Shown piece by piece: positions 1 through 15,611 of a DNA stretch of 64,000 bases. Location of the stretch: NCBI GenBank assembly GCA_951406725.2, contig OX597819.1:93310001-93374000 (forward strand), written 5' to 3'. This DNA comes from Octopus vulgaris (Eukaryota). Each line of letters begins with the position of its first letter. Positions within the stretch are counted from its first letter, which is position 1. The position numbers and the translations under genes are program-made. Below the pieces are notes generated by a model, which was not told the origin of the DNA, did not search any database, and was given only the letters and a program-made list of their open reading frames with translations.

Positions 1-53
1 CGGAACCATGTGGTTGGTAAACAAGCTACTTACCACACAGCCACTCCTGCGCC

Positions 54-172
<119 letters not shown>

Positions 173-332
173 GACGGGCTTCTTTTAGTTTCTGTTCACC
201 AAATCCATTCACAAGGCTTCGGTTGGCCCGAGGATATAGCAGAAGACAACTGGTCAATGTGCCACGCAGTGGGACTGGACCCGGAAAAATATCGCTGGGA
301 AGCAAGTTTCTTTCCACACAGTTACTCCTGCG

Positions 333-466
<134 letters not shown>

Positions 467-484
467 TGTATATATATATATATA

Positions 485-552
<68 letters not shown>

Positions 553-842
553 GTAGATAGATAGATAGATAGACATACACCACCACCCCCATTTCCCTGT
601 TCAAGTACACACAGCTTGAACGTTTCCTTATATCTTTTTCTATTTGTTAGTTATGAAAGTTTGCAGAGGAGTCAGCTTGACAATCCTTCAATTCACTACT
701 GGAAACTGCTACTGTATTTATGGAACCGGAATGACGAACGGCAAAATATATTTAACAAGATTTGAGGATAAAACAGTTCCACAGACTATTTGCATTCAAC
801 GATGTGATAACTCTGCCAATTCGACACCATAAAAATGTGCGC

Positions 843-877
<35 letters not shown>

Positions 878-1126
878 CTAGTATTTATTCTATCGGTTTG
901 TTTTGCCAGAACGTTAAGTTACGGGGAATTAAATCGCAAATAATTAAAATATTTATTTTACTATCGATATTCGTATTACCGTGTATAGTTTGCATAGATT
1001 TACATGTATATGTTAATGTATGTATGTATGTACGTATGTCTGTATGTATGTATGTATGGATGGATGGATGGATGGATGTACGTATGTATATATCTGTATG
1101 CACTGCATACATCCCACATGCACAAC

Positions 1127-1162
<36 letters not shown>

Positions 1163-1385
1163 TACATACATACATACATATATACTTACATACACACACA
1201 CACACACATACACACAATTGTATTAGTGGTTTTTTAAGCTTTCGCTATCATGTTTGGCAAGCTGTTATTTTTACCCGTCTTTTATTTAAATATATCATAT
1301 TATACCTGTTTTAGGTATTCTTGCTAGCCACCTCATTATTACTGTTTTTAACAGTAATAATGCTTCATAATGCGTCATATGTTTA

Positions 1386-1425
<40 letters not shown>

Positions 1426-3340
1426 ACTTATTAATAAGGGCAAACGAAAAAATTTCAGATGCCAAATATGCCAAAATTAGACACATTGTCCATAACCATA
1501 TAATTAAGGGAGGAAGGGTTCTTATGAACTAACCCTGAAATCGGTCCGATATGGTAATAACGGAATTTTTTTAGAGATTTCTGTCGACCATTTTCAAGTA
1601 GCGTGCTTATTGTGATTAATTATATGGTTATTGACAATGTGTCTAATTTCGACGTATTTGGCATCTGAAATTTTTTCATTTGCCCTTATTTATAAGTTGT
1701 TTATAAATTTAACCTTTAATGGTATTTTTAATATGCTCGCCATTGATAAATTTCTTTTTCGAAAAAAAAAAACAGAAAAGAAAAAAAATGTTATCCTACA
1801 TTAGATGTATATACATATATATACATATATATATATATGTATATAAATACATAAACATATATATATATATATGTCGTTGTGCATGTATGATGTATGCAGT
1901 ATGTACAAATAGATACATACATACATGTATATTAACATATACATGTAAATCTATGCAAACTATACACACAAATACGAATATTGATAGTAAAATAAATATT
2001 TTAGTAATTATAGATTTAATTCCCCGTAACTTAGCGTTTTAGCAAAACAAACCGATAGAATAAATATTAGAGTTTAGAGATATGTATTGGGGTTAATTTG
2101 TTCGAATAAAACTCTTCGAAAGTTGCCCTAGAATGGCCGTAAGCCAATGGCTGAAACCATTGAAGGAAGTTTGTTTTAAATCTTGAGAACCGATTGGGAC
2201 AGGCTATTATGCGAAGTGAATTTGTTTATAAAATATAATTTTGTACTGAAATTTCTTTTATATAGACGCTAAGAAGGAATATCACTTTAAATTTATCGGG
2301 ATTTAAAATCATTTAAAATATAATTTTTCTCACATGATCTCTTGCGAAGACTTTTATGTCTTCTCCAAATGTAATGGAGCTCTTCAAGAAAATTGGAAAC
2401 ATCATACGACTGTGGAATTTTTTCAAATTAAAATTGGAAACATCATACGACTGCGGAATTTTTTCCAAGTTAAAATATTCTTATGAACAACAGTACTCTA
2501 TAAGTTTCTCTTTAGCTACATTTGACCAATAACCTATCCCTTTCTACCGGAGAATGCTCATATTAAAACATATATGAGCATTCTCCGGTAGAAATGGATA
2601 GATTATCCGGTAGAAATCTAGCTAAAGAGAAACTTATAGAGTACTGTTGTTCATAAGAATATTTTAATTTGAAAAAATTCGGCAGTCGTATGATGTTCGA
2701 CGCTCAAGGATTAAACGTTTACTTTTAGTCATATGTTTGAACAAAAAAGGAAGTGTCTTGATAGAACAAGCAACTGAGTCTAGCAAGTGAATTAAAATCA
2801 ATTATCGGTACCGTATAAAGACAGAACTGAGACGATTGTGAAGAAGTTGATATTCACAAGAACAGCACTGCTGTAATATCGTGTCAAGGAATATTTACCA
2901 TTTCGATTAGCAAAAGGAAATTACGAAACCTCTCAATCTAAAACGTTAATGCGCTTGGCTAGTAGAATTTTATTCAGCTGAACAATAACTGGTACCATAG
3001 AGTCTGTTATTGAAGTTAGAAGCATCCGCGTTATTTCCTCTCTTAATGATCCCCTGTGAACCTTAAAAGGTAGAGTTGCAGAATTTAGATAATTGCTTAA
3101 CATGTAAACATTTGAAGAATCCACAAAGATGCTGACTAGAGGTCCTACTAGAAGAACAAGATTTGAATTAATTCTCTTCTATGTGAATGTGGGTTTTTCT
3201 CTGTTCTTTGCCTCTGTCTTTAGCAAACCTCCTCTCAAAATTATATAAACGTATTTAACGTGCATTATAGGCTGTAAAGTGTAATTTCTTTTCCAAATTT
3301 AAAGCAAACCTCTTCAATATCATTATCCAAGTATCTCAAT

Positions 3341-3553
3341 GTGGTGAGCTGGCAGAATAGTTAGCGCGCCGAACGAAATACTTAACGTCATTTAGACCGG
3401 CTTCGCCTTCGTAGTTCAAATTCCGTCTAGGTCGACTTTGCCTTTCATCCTTTCGGGGTCGATAAAATAAATACGTGTTGAACACTGGGATCGTTATGAT
3501 CGACTTACCCACAACCCCAGAATAGCTGGCTTCGGGCCAAAAATTGAAATCAA
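3341..3553 (+). mobile_element. SINE family A copy
   Basis: Same head and GCCTTTCATCCTTTCGGGGTCGATAAA core. Further decayed copies at 5427-5625 and 5641-5860. Confidence 0.8.
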
Positions 3554-6500
3554 TATTATTATATAAGTTTTATCTTTTAATTGTGTCAGTCATTGGACTG
3601 CGGCCGTGCTGGAGCATCACCTTGTAAGGTTTTAGTCAAATAAATTGACCACGATACTTATTTTAAAATCTGTCACTTATTCTATTGGTGCATTTTGCCG
3701 AACCGCTAAAGACGTGAGCATACCAACACCGGTTGTGAAGCGGTGGGGATAAGCACAAAACAACCATTCATAGATACGCACGCACGGACAAATACACACA
3801 CACACACACATACGACGGTCTTCCGCACACTCTCCCACTACCAAATTCACTCACAAGGCATTGGTCAATCCGAGACTGTAATCTAAAATATGCCAGAAGT
3901 GCCACGCAGAAGAAATGCTTCTGTACCATACCGCCTGTGGCTGCAAAGTGCTTCTGAACTACACAGCTGTACCTGCACTCTATGAGAAATAACAAGTCTT
4001 CTTGGCTATTTTAATAAATCTGCATAGATAATGTTACTCTATATAGGAACTATTATATTGAGGAGAAATAACCATTATTTCATGCATTCTCTTTCTAAGT
4101 TCTTTTGAGTTTTTGCCGTGAATCTCCAGTCGTATACAAATACTTCAAGTTAATTTTTCATGGTTACTACAGTAATCTAAGCAAACATGCACATGAACAA
4201 CCCATAAGCATGCACGCATGCACACATGCACACAACACATATTTATATAAGTATTGGAACACATTCTCTTGAATATTCAATCAGTTAAAAATACATACGA
4301 AGTATCGTAAGCAAGATATTAGTCATCAAGAAAGTTATAGAACGGAATATTGGATAACTAAGAATTAAAAAGGTTAATTATAGTGAAATTAAAACCAAAT
4401 TTTTTAAAAAGACAAGAATTGCACGACTGTCATTGGTTAATTTTAAACTACCTGTCTTAAAATTTAGAGCTGAAGGAATTGAATTATTGTTAAACATGTA
4501 AACGTGGGCGTTTTTAATCATGTGCTATTTGAATGTAAGATTTACTTTACGAAGAATACTTGTAGTCGTATTCAAGTTCTTTAGCTTTTGCTTGTTCATT
4601 GAGTCGAAAAAGCAATATTCTCAATGCTTAAAATTTAATTTAGGAAAACGAACTGTCTTTTCTTGCATAAAGAAGACCAGTAAAGGCATTCAAATTCTAC
4701 GGCCATTTTACTACAACCAAATGACGTACGGAATTCACGCTATGGTTTGAGCTGATAAACGCTTGAGACTTGAACGTGGTGAAATTGGTATTGAGTTTCC
4801 CTAGATGATTTAGGAAGGTAAAATAGGACAATAAAATATTAGGCAATTTTCTTCCATTACTAATGACATATGATAACATACGCTTTTTTCTTTACAGATC
4901 TAAATAACAGCTGCTCTATTTTATCGCTTTTGCTTCTTGCAGTATATTGTAATTCAGCTGCATTCTTTTCTTTAGTTTTTCTATAAATTTTTCATTAATT
5001 TACCAATCTTTAATGATCATAACACTCTTGTGATGTAAATGATCTTGCCATACTGACGTGAGAAATTGTAATATGATGAAGTTTCTAGCCTAACACATTA
5101 AAGTAGACACACTTTTGCGTTAATTGCAGTTAATCAATAGTATCAAATTTGTCTTAAATCAATTCTTTGAGGAACTACAATTGTCGTATGGATTAATTGT
5201 GCTGTTGTTGTTACTGGTATATTTTCTCTTTGCACCCATTCCAAGTACATCCTCAGAACCGAGCAGAAAATATGGTTCCAATCGTGATGCTTCTCTAATA
5301 TTGTCTAGGTCAGCGAGCCTCATATCTTTATTACTTATGTTCCTTCGTATTTAGATCATTCTAATATTATACAATAGCTGGCTTTGTGATAAAAACTTGA
5401 AAGTATTATGAACACAATAGATAAAATGGCCAACTGGCAGAATCGTAAGCATGCTGAGCAAAATGCTTTGCGGGATTTCGTCCGCCCTTACTTACGGAAG
5501 TTGACTTTGCATTTCATCCTTTCGAGGTCGATAAAATAAGCACTTGATGAACACTGGAGATGATGTAATCGACTAATCCCCTCCCCCGAAATTGCTGGCC
5601 TTGTGCAAAAAATTTTAAACCGATATTAATATGATAGATAAGGTGGCACGCTGGTACAATTGTTATGGCACCAGACAAAATGCTTAGCGATATTTTTTTC
5701 TGATTCTTTACGTTCTGAGTAAAAAATTCAGCCGAGGTTAACTTTGCCTTCTAGCCTTTGGGGGAATTACTAGAATAATTACCCGTTGAGCACTGTGGTT
5801 GATGTAATCCACGTCCTCCTTCCCTCAAAATTACTGGTCTTCTAATACAATTTGAAACAGTTTAAACATGATAGAATCTTCGTAGAAGTCACTTGGCTCA
5901 GTGTTCAGGCTGTCGGATTGGTGAGCGATCAGGCATGGGTTTGATTACTGGGCCCGTAAGCATATTATATCCTTTGCGCAAGACCCTTCGTTTCACGTTC
6001 TTCTAAAAATGAAAATGCTTATCCTGCAAAACGAAGGCTAGCAGAATATTCGCCCTAAATCTTGCAAATGCAAAATGCCATATTAGCTCCACATGTCAAC
6101 GATCTTTGATAGCTTCAAGTATACTAGGTGATGAGTGCCTTTGTATTTAAAGTGTTAACTATGCTTTCGGCTAAAGGAGAGTGGATTGATGCTGAACGAA
6201 GTAGCTGCTGAAAAAAAGATAGACGTGTACTAGTAGAGGGAAGTGGTAACGGTCGAACAGAAAAGATGAAAGGAACATCAGTTAGTAGGCATATAATCAC
6301 ACTGTTACATATGCCAGAGTGCGTACGTGCATGATTGTGAATAGCCATGGTAGTGTTAGTAGGAACTTTGGTTGTTGGTATTGTCGTTGGGGGCGGAGTA
6401 AATGTGGTATTTCTGGAAGCGTCAGGAAGGTGACGCATGCACTTTAGTGCAAGTAAATGTCGTCTGCTAGTCAATGAAAAATGCATCTGGATATTCTCTT

Positions 6501-7859
6501 CGTAAATTTCAATATTCAAAAAGTGACTGCTATATTTCTATTAAAACTTTAATAAAGCTATTTTTATTTCATTATGGGTTGTTCTGTCAAGCATCAAATA
6601 TCTTGAAAAGTTACCTAACATTCAATTTGAAAATAATGAGCTGCAATAAGATATGGCAGAATGTTTGCAAATTAACTGGAGTGAGACAGGGAAGATGGAG
6701 AGATCGAATGCAGACGTCAAAATGAAATATGGGGCAAAGAGAAAGTAAGCTCTCAAAAATGCTGAAATATGCGAAGTTAGGAGGTAAAATCGCTACCTTA
6801 ATATGATCGAAAGAGACATAAGAGGATGAAATAAGAAGTCATTTGGAAAAAATAATACTAAAGAAAAATGAAAGCAGGTTATGAATGCTAAGAAAAATAT
6901 CTACTTGGAACAAATATCTACTCGAAACAAAAATTATGAAAGAATAGGAAATGAATTTAATGACAAGGACATATTTAGAACATACACAAAACAGAAACAC
7001 AAGAAGCGAAGTACAGTTGCTAGAACTTTAAAGAATGAGAGAAATGCAATTTATCTACTTAGTCAAGATTTATGGCTTCGCAGTGAATTATTAAACTGCT
7101 GCCTAAACAGCAGAGTTCAATTGCTAAATTTGGTGGACTATCTGCTGCGTTAAAGAACAGAATTATAACAAGCAACCGTCAACATTTTAGACACCATATT
7201 CCAATCTATAACCACGCCTTCTCAATTTTTGAAGCAAATTTCTCGTATAGGTGGGGACTGAACTGTTTCTGCAATCAAGGACAAATATGTTATTACCTAC
7301 TTAATTGTTACCCCAGAGAGAATTATCAGCTTTACATCACGAACGCAGCGATAGTAGTGAGAGTAAGAGCACGAACGCTTCAAAATAATCACTGTCTATA
7401 GTCAGAGATGAATATAATGACTACAAAACTATAAAAATGGTAAGACAAGAAAAACGAATGTCTTCAGAAAACTTTGCTCCACGAAGAATCTCTATACTTT
7501 TCATCAGGTCCAGAGCCTAAATAGTAGAACATTCCTTGAGGTATAGGGTTACTTCAATATGTTCCGTAGGGGCTGGAGCACCACAAGAATACAGAGACAA
7601 AGTTATCTGCCCAAAAGTACATTTCGGTAGCACATTTTCCTCTCCTGCCATCTTAATCCCACTGCATAGCAGCCTGAGCAAGTGTCTGCTACTATAGACC
7701 CAAATCAGTTCATGTTTCGTCAGCGAATCTGAAAGGCGGAAACATATTTGCGTGTCACTTGGAGAAAAAGGGTGGCACGTAAATATGTATCTTATGCAAG
7801 GACATCAGACGTGCTTATCAAAGTTTATAATGTTACAATACTACAGCTATCGATTTGCA

Positions 7860-7913
<54 letters not shown>

Positions 7914-10296
7914 GTAACTATCTATCTGTCTGTCTGTCTATCTATTTATCTATCTATCTATCTAACTATCTTTCTGTCTATCTACACATCTATCAGTATG
8001 TTTGGTTGTCTATCTATCTTTCTGGCTGTCAGTCTATTTTTATTTCTGCCTGTCTCTCTACCTATCTACCTGCTATTTCTTCTTCCGATTCTCAGTTTTC
8101 GCTCTGACATATTGTTTATTGATCTCCCAATCTGAGCGGAAATATTTATGCAAATGTATACATATATCTTTTATCATTCATTTGTGGAAGCCATTGGACT
8201 GCGACTATGCTGGAGTACCGCCATGAAGGTTTTGTCGAACGGATCAACTACAGCACTTATTCTTTAAAGTCTAATACTTATTTCATTGTCTGATAAAGTC
8301 TGATAATATTTTTAAGTATGTCTGATGCTTATTTTTTAAATAAGTCTGATAGAGACTTAAATAAGTCTGATAGAGACTTAAATAAGTCTGAAGTTATCTG
8401 CATTTCGACAGAGATTCGACCTGCTGAAATAACAGTCAAACCTTCCTTAAATCATACCCTACCACTTTTAATTAACGAAACAACGCATTAGAAATTTTTA
8501 AAAAAGACAGTTCGCCGTGAATGGAATATAAGATCTGGTCGATTGGATTTAACCTGTGGCTAAACAACATCAGCAGCAACAGCCACACCGACAACCTCAA
8601 CAACACATTCATGATTTATTAAATGTTAAGTTTACTGTGTGCAAACGTACTGAATGAACGAAAGAGTGAGTAGGTTTGTGCGAGACAGCGTATCTGCAAT
8701 AATATGCATGTATGCACTAACGCATGCTTCTATATGCGAGTAAAGGTTAAATATTCTCTCGCTCTATGATATGATATCGAAAAGAAAGGAATGTAGCAGC
8801 AGATATTATTTTGCTAATGGCTACATTTCCATTGTATTATTTTCTAGAACATTTCTTGTTTTCTTCTGTTACTAAGTTCATTCTAACAAAGTTACAATAT
8901 TGTAGGCAAAATACGAGCATCTGAAACATGCAATATATGGAAAACAAAAGCTTTTGTAAATAGATCAAATTTGGTCTACAAATAATAAACCTGCAAAGAA
9001 AAATGAACTGCAAAAACACAGAAAAGATCTTTCATCTCTTTGATTGTTCTTTTTTAATTTCAGTATAACCTTTGAATTTACGTTTGGGTTCCTGAAAGAT
9101 AACTGTAGATATCTAAATAGCATTGATACAATAAAAAGTTACTAACACTGTTAATCATCAATAGCTGCCATTATAATAAATAAACGAATAAAATAATACA
9201 ACACTCAAAATAAAATATTGAAGCTACATTCTAATTATTGCAATTTTATTCTACGAATTTACATCGTATTTAGTTTGTTCGTTTTTGATTTTTAGATTTT
9301 CCCTCCTTTTGTTTTTTCGCTAGATATTTTAATACATTGTTCTAAAATAAAAACACGTGATTTTCTTCGTCTAATAATATCTGGGGAACAGTCATTAAAT
9401 CGTTAAACTGCAGCAGTGCAAAATTTTAAGATTCATTTCCTGTCGTTGAACCTTTACTGAAATTCACGTCATAGCAATTGATCTAAACACACAGCCATTA
9501 AAAATACTAGACATAATGTTTGAATTTTAATATACGTCTATTAATTACGCACCAATGTCGATAAGTTATCCGCTTATTTCATTTGATATCAAATACAAAA
9601 TATTCAACAGCTGCTTTTGCATTGATATGATGTTTGAAAGTATCATTATTGACTTGGCGTCGACTTCCGGTTTTATTACGAAAGACAGTCAACTGAAATA
9701 TTGCACTTAGAATCAGGTAACTTTCGTGCTGAGAATTCAACAATACAAAACTGCTGAATATTGGAATAGCTACCGAATTTTGTGAATGACAAATGTGGAT
9801 ACATACATCAGACTCCTATTTATAACAGTTATAGCCACGAGATGCTCAAAAGAAATCAATACTGTTATTAACTGAAAGATAAGCATTAATTATTGACTTG
9901 TTGGGATTAGGTATGAGGCCACTTGTTGAAGAGACGGAATGTAGTTGGTTAAATCACTTCCATTACACTACACATCTTTCTTTTATTGATCTTGGTGTAT
10001 GAAATATGATGTCAACCTCAGCATAATCAGAAATCGGAACCCAGTGAGACGACATATATATACTTTAAGACCGTTGTTTTTTACTGCATCAGATACATCA
10101 AAGATTCCAGGGTTGACACTGAGATTTATTTATGACTTGGGAACACGGCCACAAGCCAATAAATGAAAGGCTTTGTCGATTGAATCAATTTCAATATATA
10201 TATATATGTGTGTGTGTGTGGTGCTCATTTTATTGACAGGTACCATATCTAAGGACATTGCCCTTTTATAGTAATAAATACATATGAAAATATATT

Positions 10297-10342
<46 letters not shown>

Positions 10343-10870
10343 AAATATAAATTTATATCTTGAGTGACAACAACGCTCAAGATATACAACGGACTGGAAA
10401 TAGAAGTGCTCTAATGAGCTGTATACAGTTTTTTATCCGAGGGGGGGCAATGCGAGCAACAACCACAGGAACATCAGAAAATCCACAGAATGACAAAGAC
10501 ATACAAATCTTCATATACTCATTTATATCTATAAAGCCCGACATTTAAACATTTTTTAATTTAGTAATATATAAATATATCATATAAAAATATAAATTTT
10601 GCATATATATTACTAAATTTTAAAAATGTTAAATGTCGGGCTTTATAGATATAAATGAGTATATGAAGATTTGTATGTGTTTGGTCATTCTGTGGATTTT
10701 CTGATGTTCCTGTGGTTGTTGCTCGCATTGCCACCCCTCGGATAAAAAAGTATACATATATAAATACACGAATATGTATCTATATTTGTGTGTGCGTGTG
10801 TGTGAGTATATACATATGTACGTATAAATATATGTGTGTATGCCTGTGTGCACACACACGGATTTATATA

Positions 10871-11959
10871 CAGTGACTGGACAAAATGATGTATACAACA
10901 CTATATATTTAACTTTTTTTCTTTTGGCAATATAACTAATTCTAAACAGCTCTAATCTGTATATGAGAAGATATATTTAAATAAGTCAAAATGCATGGTC
11001 TATCTAAAATGCTGGAGTGCGGATGGTTGGATCCTCAGTCACGGAAACTGCTGTATTGTGTAATGTTTCGAAAACATTCGAAAAGTACATTCTCTAAAAT
11101 CATGTTGGCATTCTAAAGCCTAGAAAAATCCAGCAACATAATTCTGGATGGAAAACAAAGCTCACAGAGACAGTAGTAAAACATATTTTGTCTGAAATCC
11201 ATTGAACTGCGGCAGCCAAAGTAACAGCAGAGCTAAGCCACATTGTGTCAACTAAAATCATTCCTGCTGAGTTCTATAAACTGGGAAACATAAACGTTTC
11301 TTAACCATGATCGACATTGACAAGAGTAAAAAATGGTGTCTCAAAAATCAGAAGTAGTTAGTGGCTGAATGGAACAATATCGTCTCTGATGAATTCATCG
11401 TTCAACTACTTACTCACTTAGGACGAGTTTATGTCTAGAGATTGCTTCTCCCATACCACGATGGACTGAGGTGACACTGTAATGATTTGGACAGCTATTT
11501 CACGGAATTCTTTTGGATTAGTTTTTTTCTACGTGGAAAGGTTAACACCAAGGATTCACTGAGTATTTTGGCTAATCATATTCACCCTTTGGGACAAAGA
11601 TTGTTCCCTTATAGGGCAACTTTCCAAGATAATAATGAACCGATTAACATGGTTAATGTTCTTCAGCTGTACAAAGAGCACAAAAGTATTGTTCACCCAA
11701 TCTCATAGGCCTCCAAAATCACCGGATCTCAAATTAATCGAAAATTTCCTGGGTATTTTCAAGCAGAAAGCGATGAGTCACTCCCTCTACCATTGCTTGG
11801 TTTTACTTGAAGAAAGATGGAAAATTGCGTTTAGAAACATGTACACATTCATTCCTTGACGTATTAATGTTGTAATTGCAACCAATAGTGGACCAACTCT
11901 GTATTAAATAATACAGCTTCCATTTAACAAGGTATTTCCGTAATTTTGTCCCACCCCTG
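10871..11959 (+). mobile_element. Decayed Tc1-like DNA transposon
   Basis: TA|CAGTGACTGGACAAAAT ... ATTTTGTCCCACCCCTG|TA terminal inverted repeats. Transposase remnants SDE, FQDNN.P and PPKSPDLKLIEN. Confidence 0.8.
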
Positions 11960-11985
11960 TACCTATATGTGTGTGTTTGTACGTG

Positions 11986-12053
<68 letters not shown>

Positions 12054-12378
12054 CAAAATAAGCAGCAGGATATCAAATAGTAATACTGTAGACCGATTCA
12101 AGCAGCTACATTTAATTGAACACTGCATTCATTACATCATTATAAATATAGCGCCATCTTCAGCTGCCCAAAAGAATATTTGGAGCTTCAACAGGTAGGG
12201 TACATTAATGTAATTGTTAAATTAAATGGAGATGCTTGAAACGGTCGTACTGCATTACTACTGGATAGCCTGTTGCTTATTTTGATTTTATTCACCCTAC
12301 TTCGAGCTGTGCGGGTAACACCGACTGACTTGGTGTTTCAACTTAAGTACCTAATTCAACTAATCTTCATTAATTCTC

Positions 12379-12423
<45 letters not shown>

Positions 12424-13040
12424 GTCGTATGTGTATAAGCAGTAAAAATGTTACCGTTACTTTCGCACTGACTATTTTCACGATTTTTGAGACATATTGG
12501 CCGGAAACGCATTGCCACCTTTGTACGGGACACTAGGTTCACTTGTTGGTAGTAAAAACTGAAGAAGCTCTGTAACTATGAGTGCAGAGGTGTATGCGTG
12601 TGATATATGTGTGCGTGTGTGTCGTTCCCTAGTTCAAATTCCAGGAATGTTAAGTTGCATAGATGAATTTATTTGAAATTTTCACCTAAAATGTCTTTGC
12701 ATATTGCTGCATCTTCAAACTTCTTGCACTTCAGGATAAATTTCCTTTCTTTGAGGCTTAGTCCGTCTCTCTTCAATATTTCTAAAAGGTTAAACCAAAA
12801 AAGAAATGAAAACTAAGTGGTCATCTGTAAAAATGTGTAAACATTTTATTGGAACACCCTGTGTGTATATGGACAGATAGATACATACATGCATGCATGC
12901 ATGCATACATACATACATGCATACATACATACATACATACATACATACATAGGGGAGAATTAAAAAAAAAACAAAGACGAAGAGAGGCGGTGTAGACAAC
13001 AAACAGATCTATTGGTATAATGCTCGGGAATTGAAAAAGT

Positions 13041-13076
13041 CTTTAACGTTTCGAGCCTTCGCTCTTCCACAGAAAG
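13041..13076 (-). ncRNA. Hammerhead-like motif, A6U variant
   Basis: Reverse complement reads CTTT-CTGTGGA-A-GAGC-GAAG-GCTC-GAAA-CG-TT-AAAG. Confidence 0.6.
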
Positions 13077-13627
13077 GAACACAGAAAGAAACAAGGGGAG
13101 AGAATAAAGAGAGAAAATAAAGATACATACATACATACATACATACATACATACATACATACACACATACATACATGCTGCATGCATAGATATATACTGC
13201 ATAAATACGTATATGGATATGTCTCTGTTTATGTGAATGAAAACTGTATAGATGTTAATATATGGGTGGAAAGAATGGTCGTATTATATGCATATAATCG
13301 CGTGTGTGTGTGTTAGAGGGAGAGAGAGTGTGTGTGTGTGTGAGAAGATAATATAAAAGAGAGAGTGAGAAAGAGAGAGAGGTCAATGCTACTTTTTTCA
13401 CACAAATGTCGATAAAAAGAAAAATCTACTAAAGGTGATAAAACGTGGTCACAATTGAGTGACTGAAATATGCGAAGGAATAAATGCGTGTGTGTGTACA
13501 TGTATGTATATGTGTGTGTGTGTATGTATGTATATGTGTAAATATATACATATGTATATGTATGTATATATATGCAAATATACATATATATATACATATA
13601 TATATACATAGATATATATATAGACAT

Positions 13628-13666
<39 letters not shown>

Positions 13667-13685
13667 TAGATATATATATATACAC

Positions 13686-13721
<36 letters not shown>

Positions 13722-13736
13722 GTGCATCTGTATATG

Positions 13737-13787
<51 letters not shown>

Positions 13788-14794
13788 GTGCATCTGTATA
13801 TGTATGTATATGTGTATACGTATATATATATGTGCGCGCGCGAGTGTGTGCATGTGTGTGTGTGTATATATATATGTATACATGTATGTATGCATGCATA
13901 CGTATGTATGTATGTATGCATGCGTATGTATGTATGCATGCATACGTATTTATGTATGTATGCATGCATACGTATTTATGTATGTATGCATGTATGTATG
14001 TATGTATGTATGTATGTATGTATGTATGTATGTATGTATGTATGTATGTATGTGCAAGTATATGGTGCACTGGACTGATCAATGTATAAGTTGATAATAT
14101 GGGTGGATTCACAGATGGATGGAAAAATGAATGGAGGAATTTGCACAAATTCTTCTACAGAAGGATAGCCGAAAAAAAAATGGTAGCTTCCTATATTATA
14201 TTTAACCTTCTGTCAGCCAATATTTTCGCACTGCGTAGCGGCAAAGATTACTAATAATATAACCTAAATCCATCAGCTTAAAGTTTGGGGTTTCCTCAGA
14301 CTACAACGGCTATAAATAGCACAGCATCTGGATCTGCTAAGAAGAGGCTGTTGATGATAACTGAGTTTTTATACTTTTTCCTCTGTTGTTTTATATGTAT
14401 TTATTTTAAGGTGGGTGGGTTTCTCTTGATAATGTATGCGTTACTTGGTGCCCGTCTGTAACTGTGTATGAATATATGTATGTAGGTTTGCGTGTAGCGC
14501 CGACACGTCCTACTTCTCTCTTTTCCTTTCCCTCTCTCTCGACCTACTCTTTCTCACTCTATCTCCATTCATTGCTGTGTATGTTTCTCTATATCTGCCC
14601 ATACATATACACTTACACACACAACATATATATGCACGTATATATTCATCCATACATATTACACATGCACATACGCACGAGTCTACGTTTTTTTTGTTTT
14701 GTTTTTTTTTTAAGGCAAGTTCTCTCAACAAACAAGGGGATTTTCTCTTTCGGCAAAGAATTAACTTTTGAAGTAACAGACCTGCCCTTAGTAC

Positions 14795-15014
14795 AAATAC
14801 ATAGGTTTCAAATTTTGGCACAAGGCCTGTAATTTCGCACGAGGGGTAAGTCGATTCCATCCATCCCAGTTTTCCACACGCACTTATTTTATCGACCTCC
14901 GAAAAGATAAAATTAAAGCAGACTGCTGTGGTATTTGAACTCCGAACGTAAAGACGGACGAAATACAACAAAGTAGTTTTGCCGGAGTCCTTACGATTCT
15001 GCCAGTTCACAACC
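14795..15014 (-). mobile_element. SINE family A copy
   Basis: Reverse complement of the family A unit. Confidence 0.75.
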
Positions 15015-15294
15015 TCGGAAATGCAGCTATGTTATCATATATATATATATATATTCTCATTAACCATACACATATAACAGGTATTTAGCACTGATTACGA
15101 ACCAATATACTAAAAAAAAAAAGATATGTAATAGGGTCCGTAATTTACATTTGAATAGGTTTGGTCATCAATTGAAATAAGGTTTTGCACAAATGGATGT
15201 ACAAATGGTCTAAGATAGCTTTTAAAAAAATGAAGAAAACTTGGGAGTATGAGTATTCCTGAAATCGATGAGGCATCATACATACATACATACA

Positions 15295-15337
<43 letters not shown>

Positions 15338-15611
15338 GTATATATATATATACGTATATATATATGTGTCTTCAATACAACCATCTGGCTTTAACTTGGT
15401 TTAAAATTCCTTGGTTTGTTTGGGCAAGACAGTTTTTTCACCCCTTGCTGCTTGGTAGGTGTGCAAATGCACATATTTGTGTAGGTGTGTTGATATTATT
15501 GAAAAATGTAGTTCACCATGAAAATATGAGATCCATGAAATTCCTGAACTGTGAAGGCCAAAGTAAATGACTTGCTGTCAGAGACACTTGTGTTGGGTGA
15601 CTTGTTCTGCT

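Noticed and set aside
2933-3124. Minus-strand ORF faintly resembling LINE RT
   Set aside because: Too degenerate to assign without a profile search.
6124-7153. ORFs 6124-6519(-), 6474-6725(+) and 6881-7153(+)
   Set aside because: No recognisable motifs or splice structure. Possibly old TE debris, but this cannot be supported.
9655-9722. ETS-like ACTTCCGG plus CAG|GTAACT donor as a possible promoter or first exon
   Set aside because: Short motifs expected by chance, with no linked exon identified.
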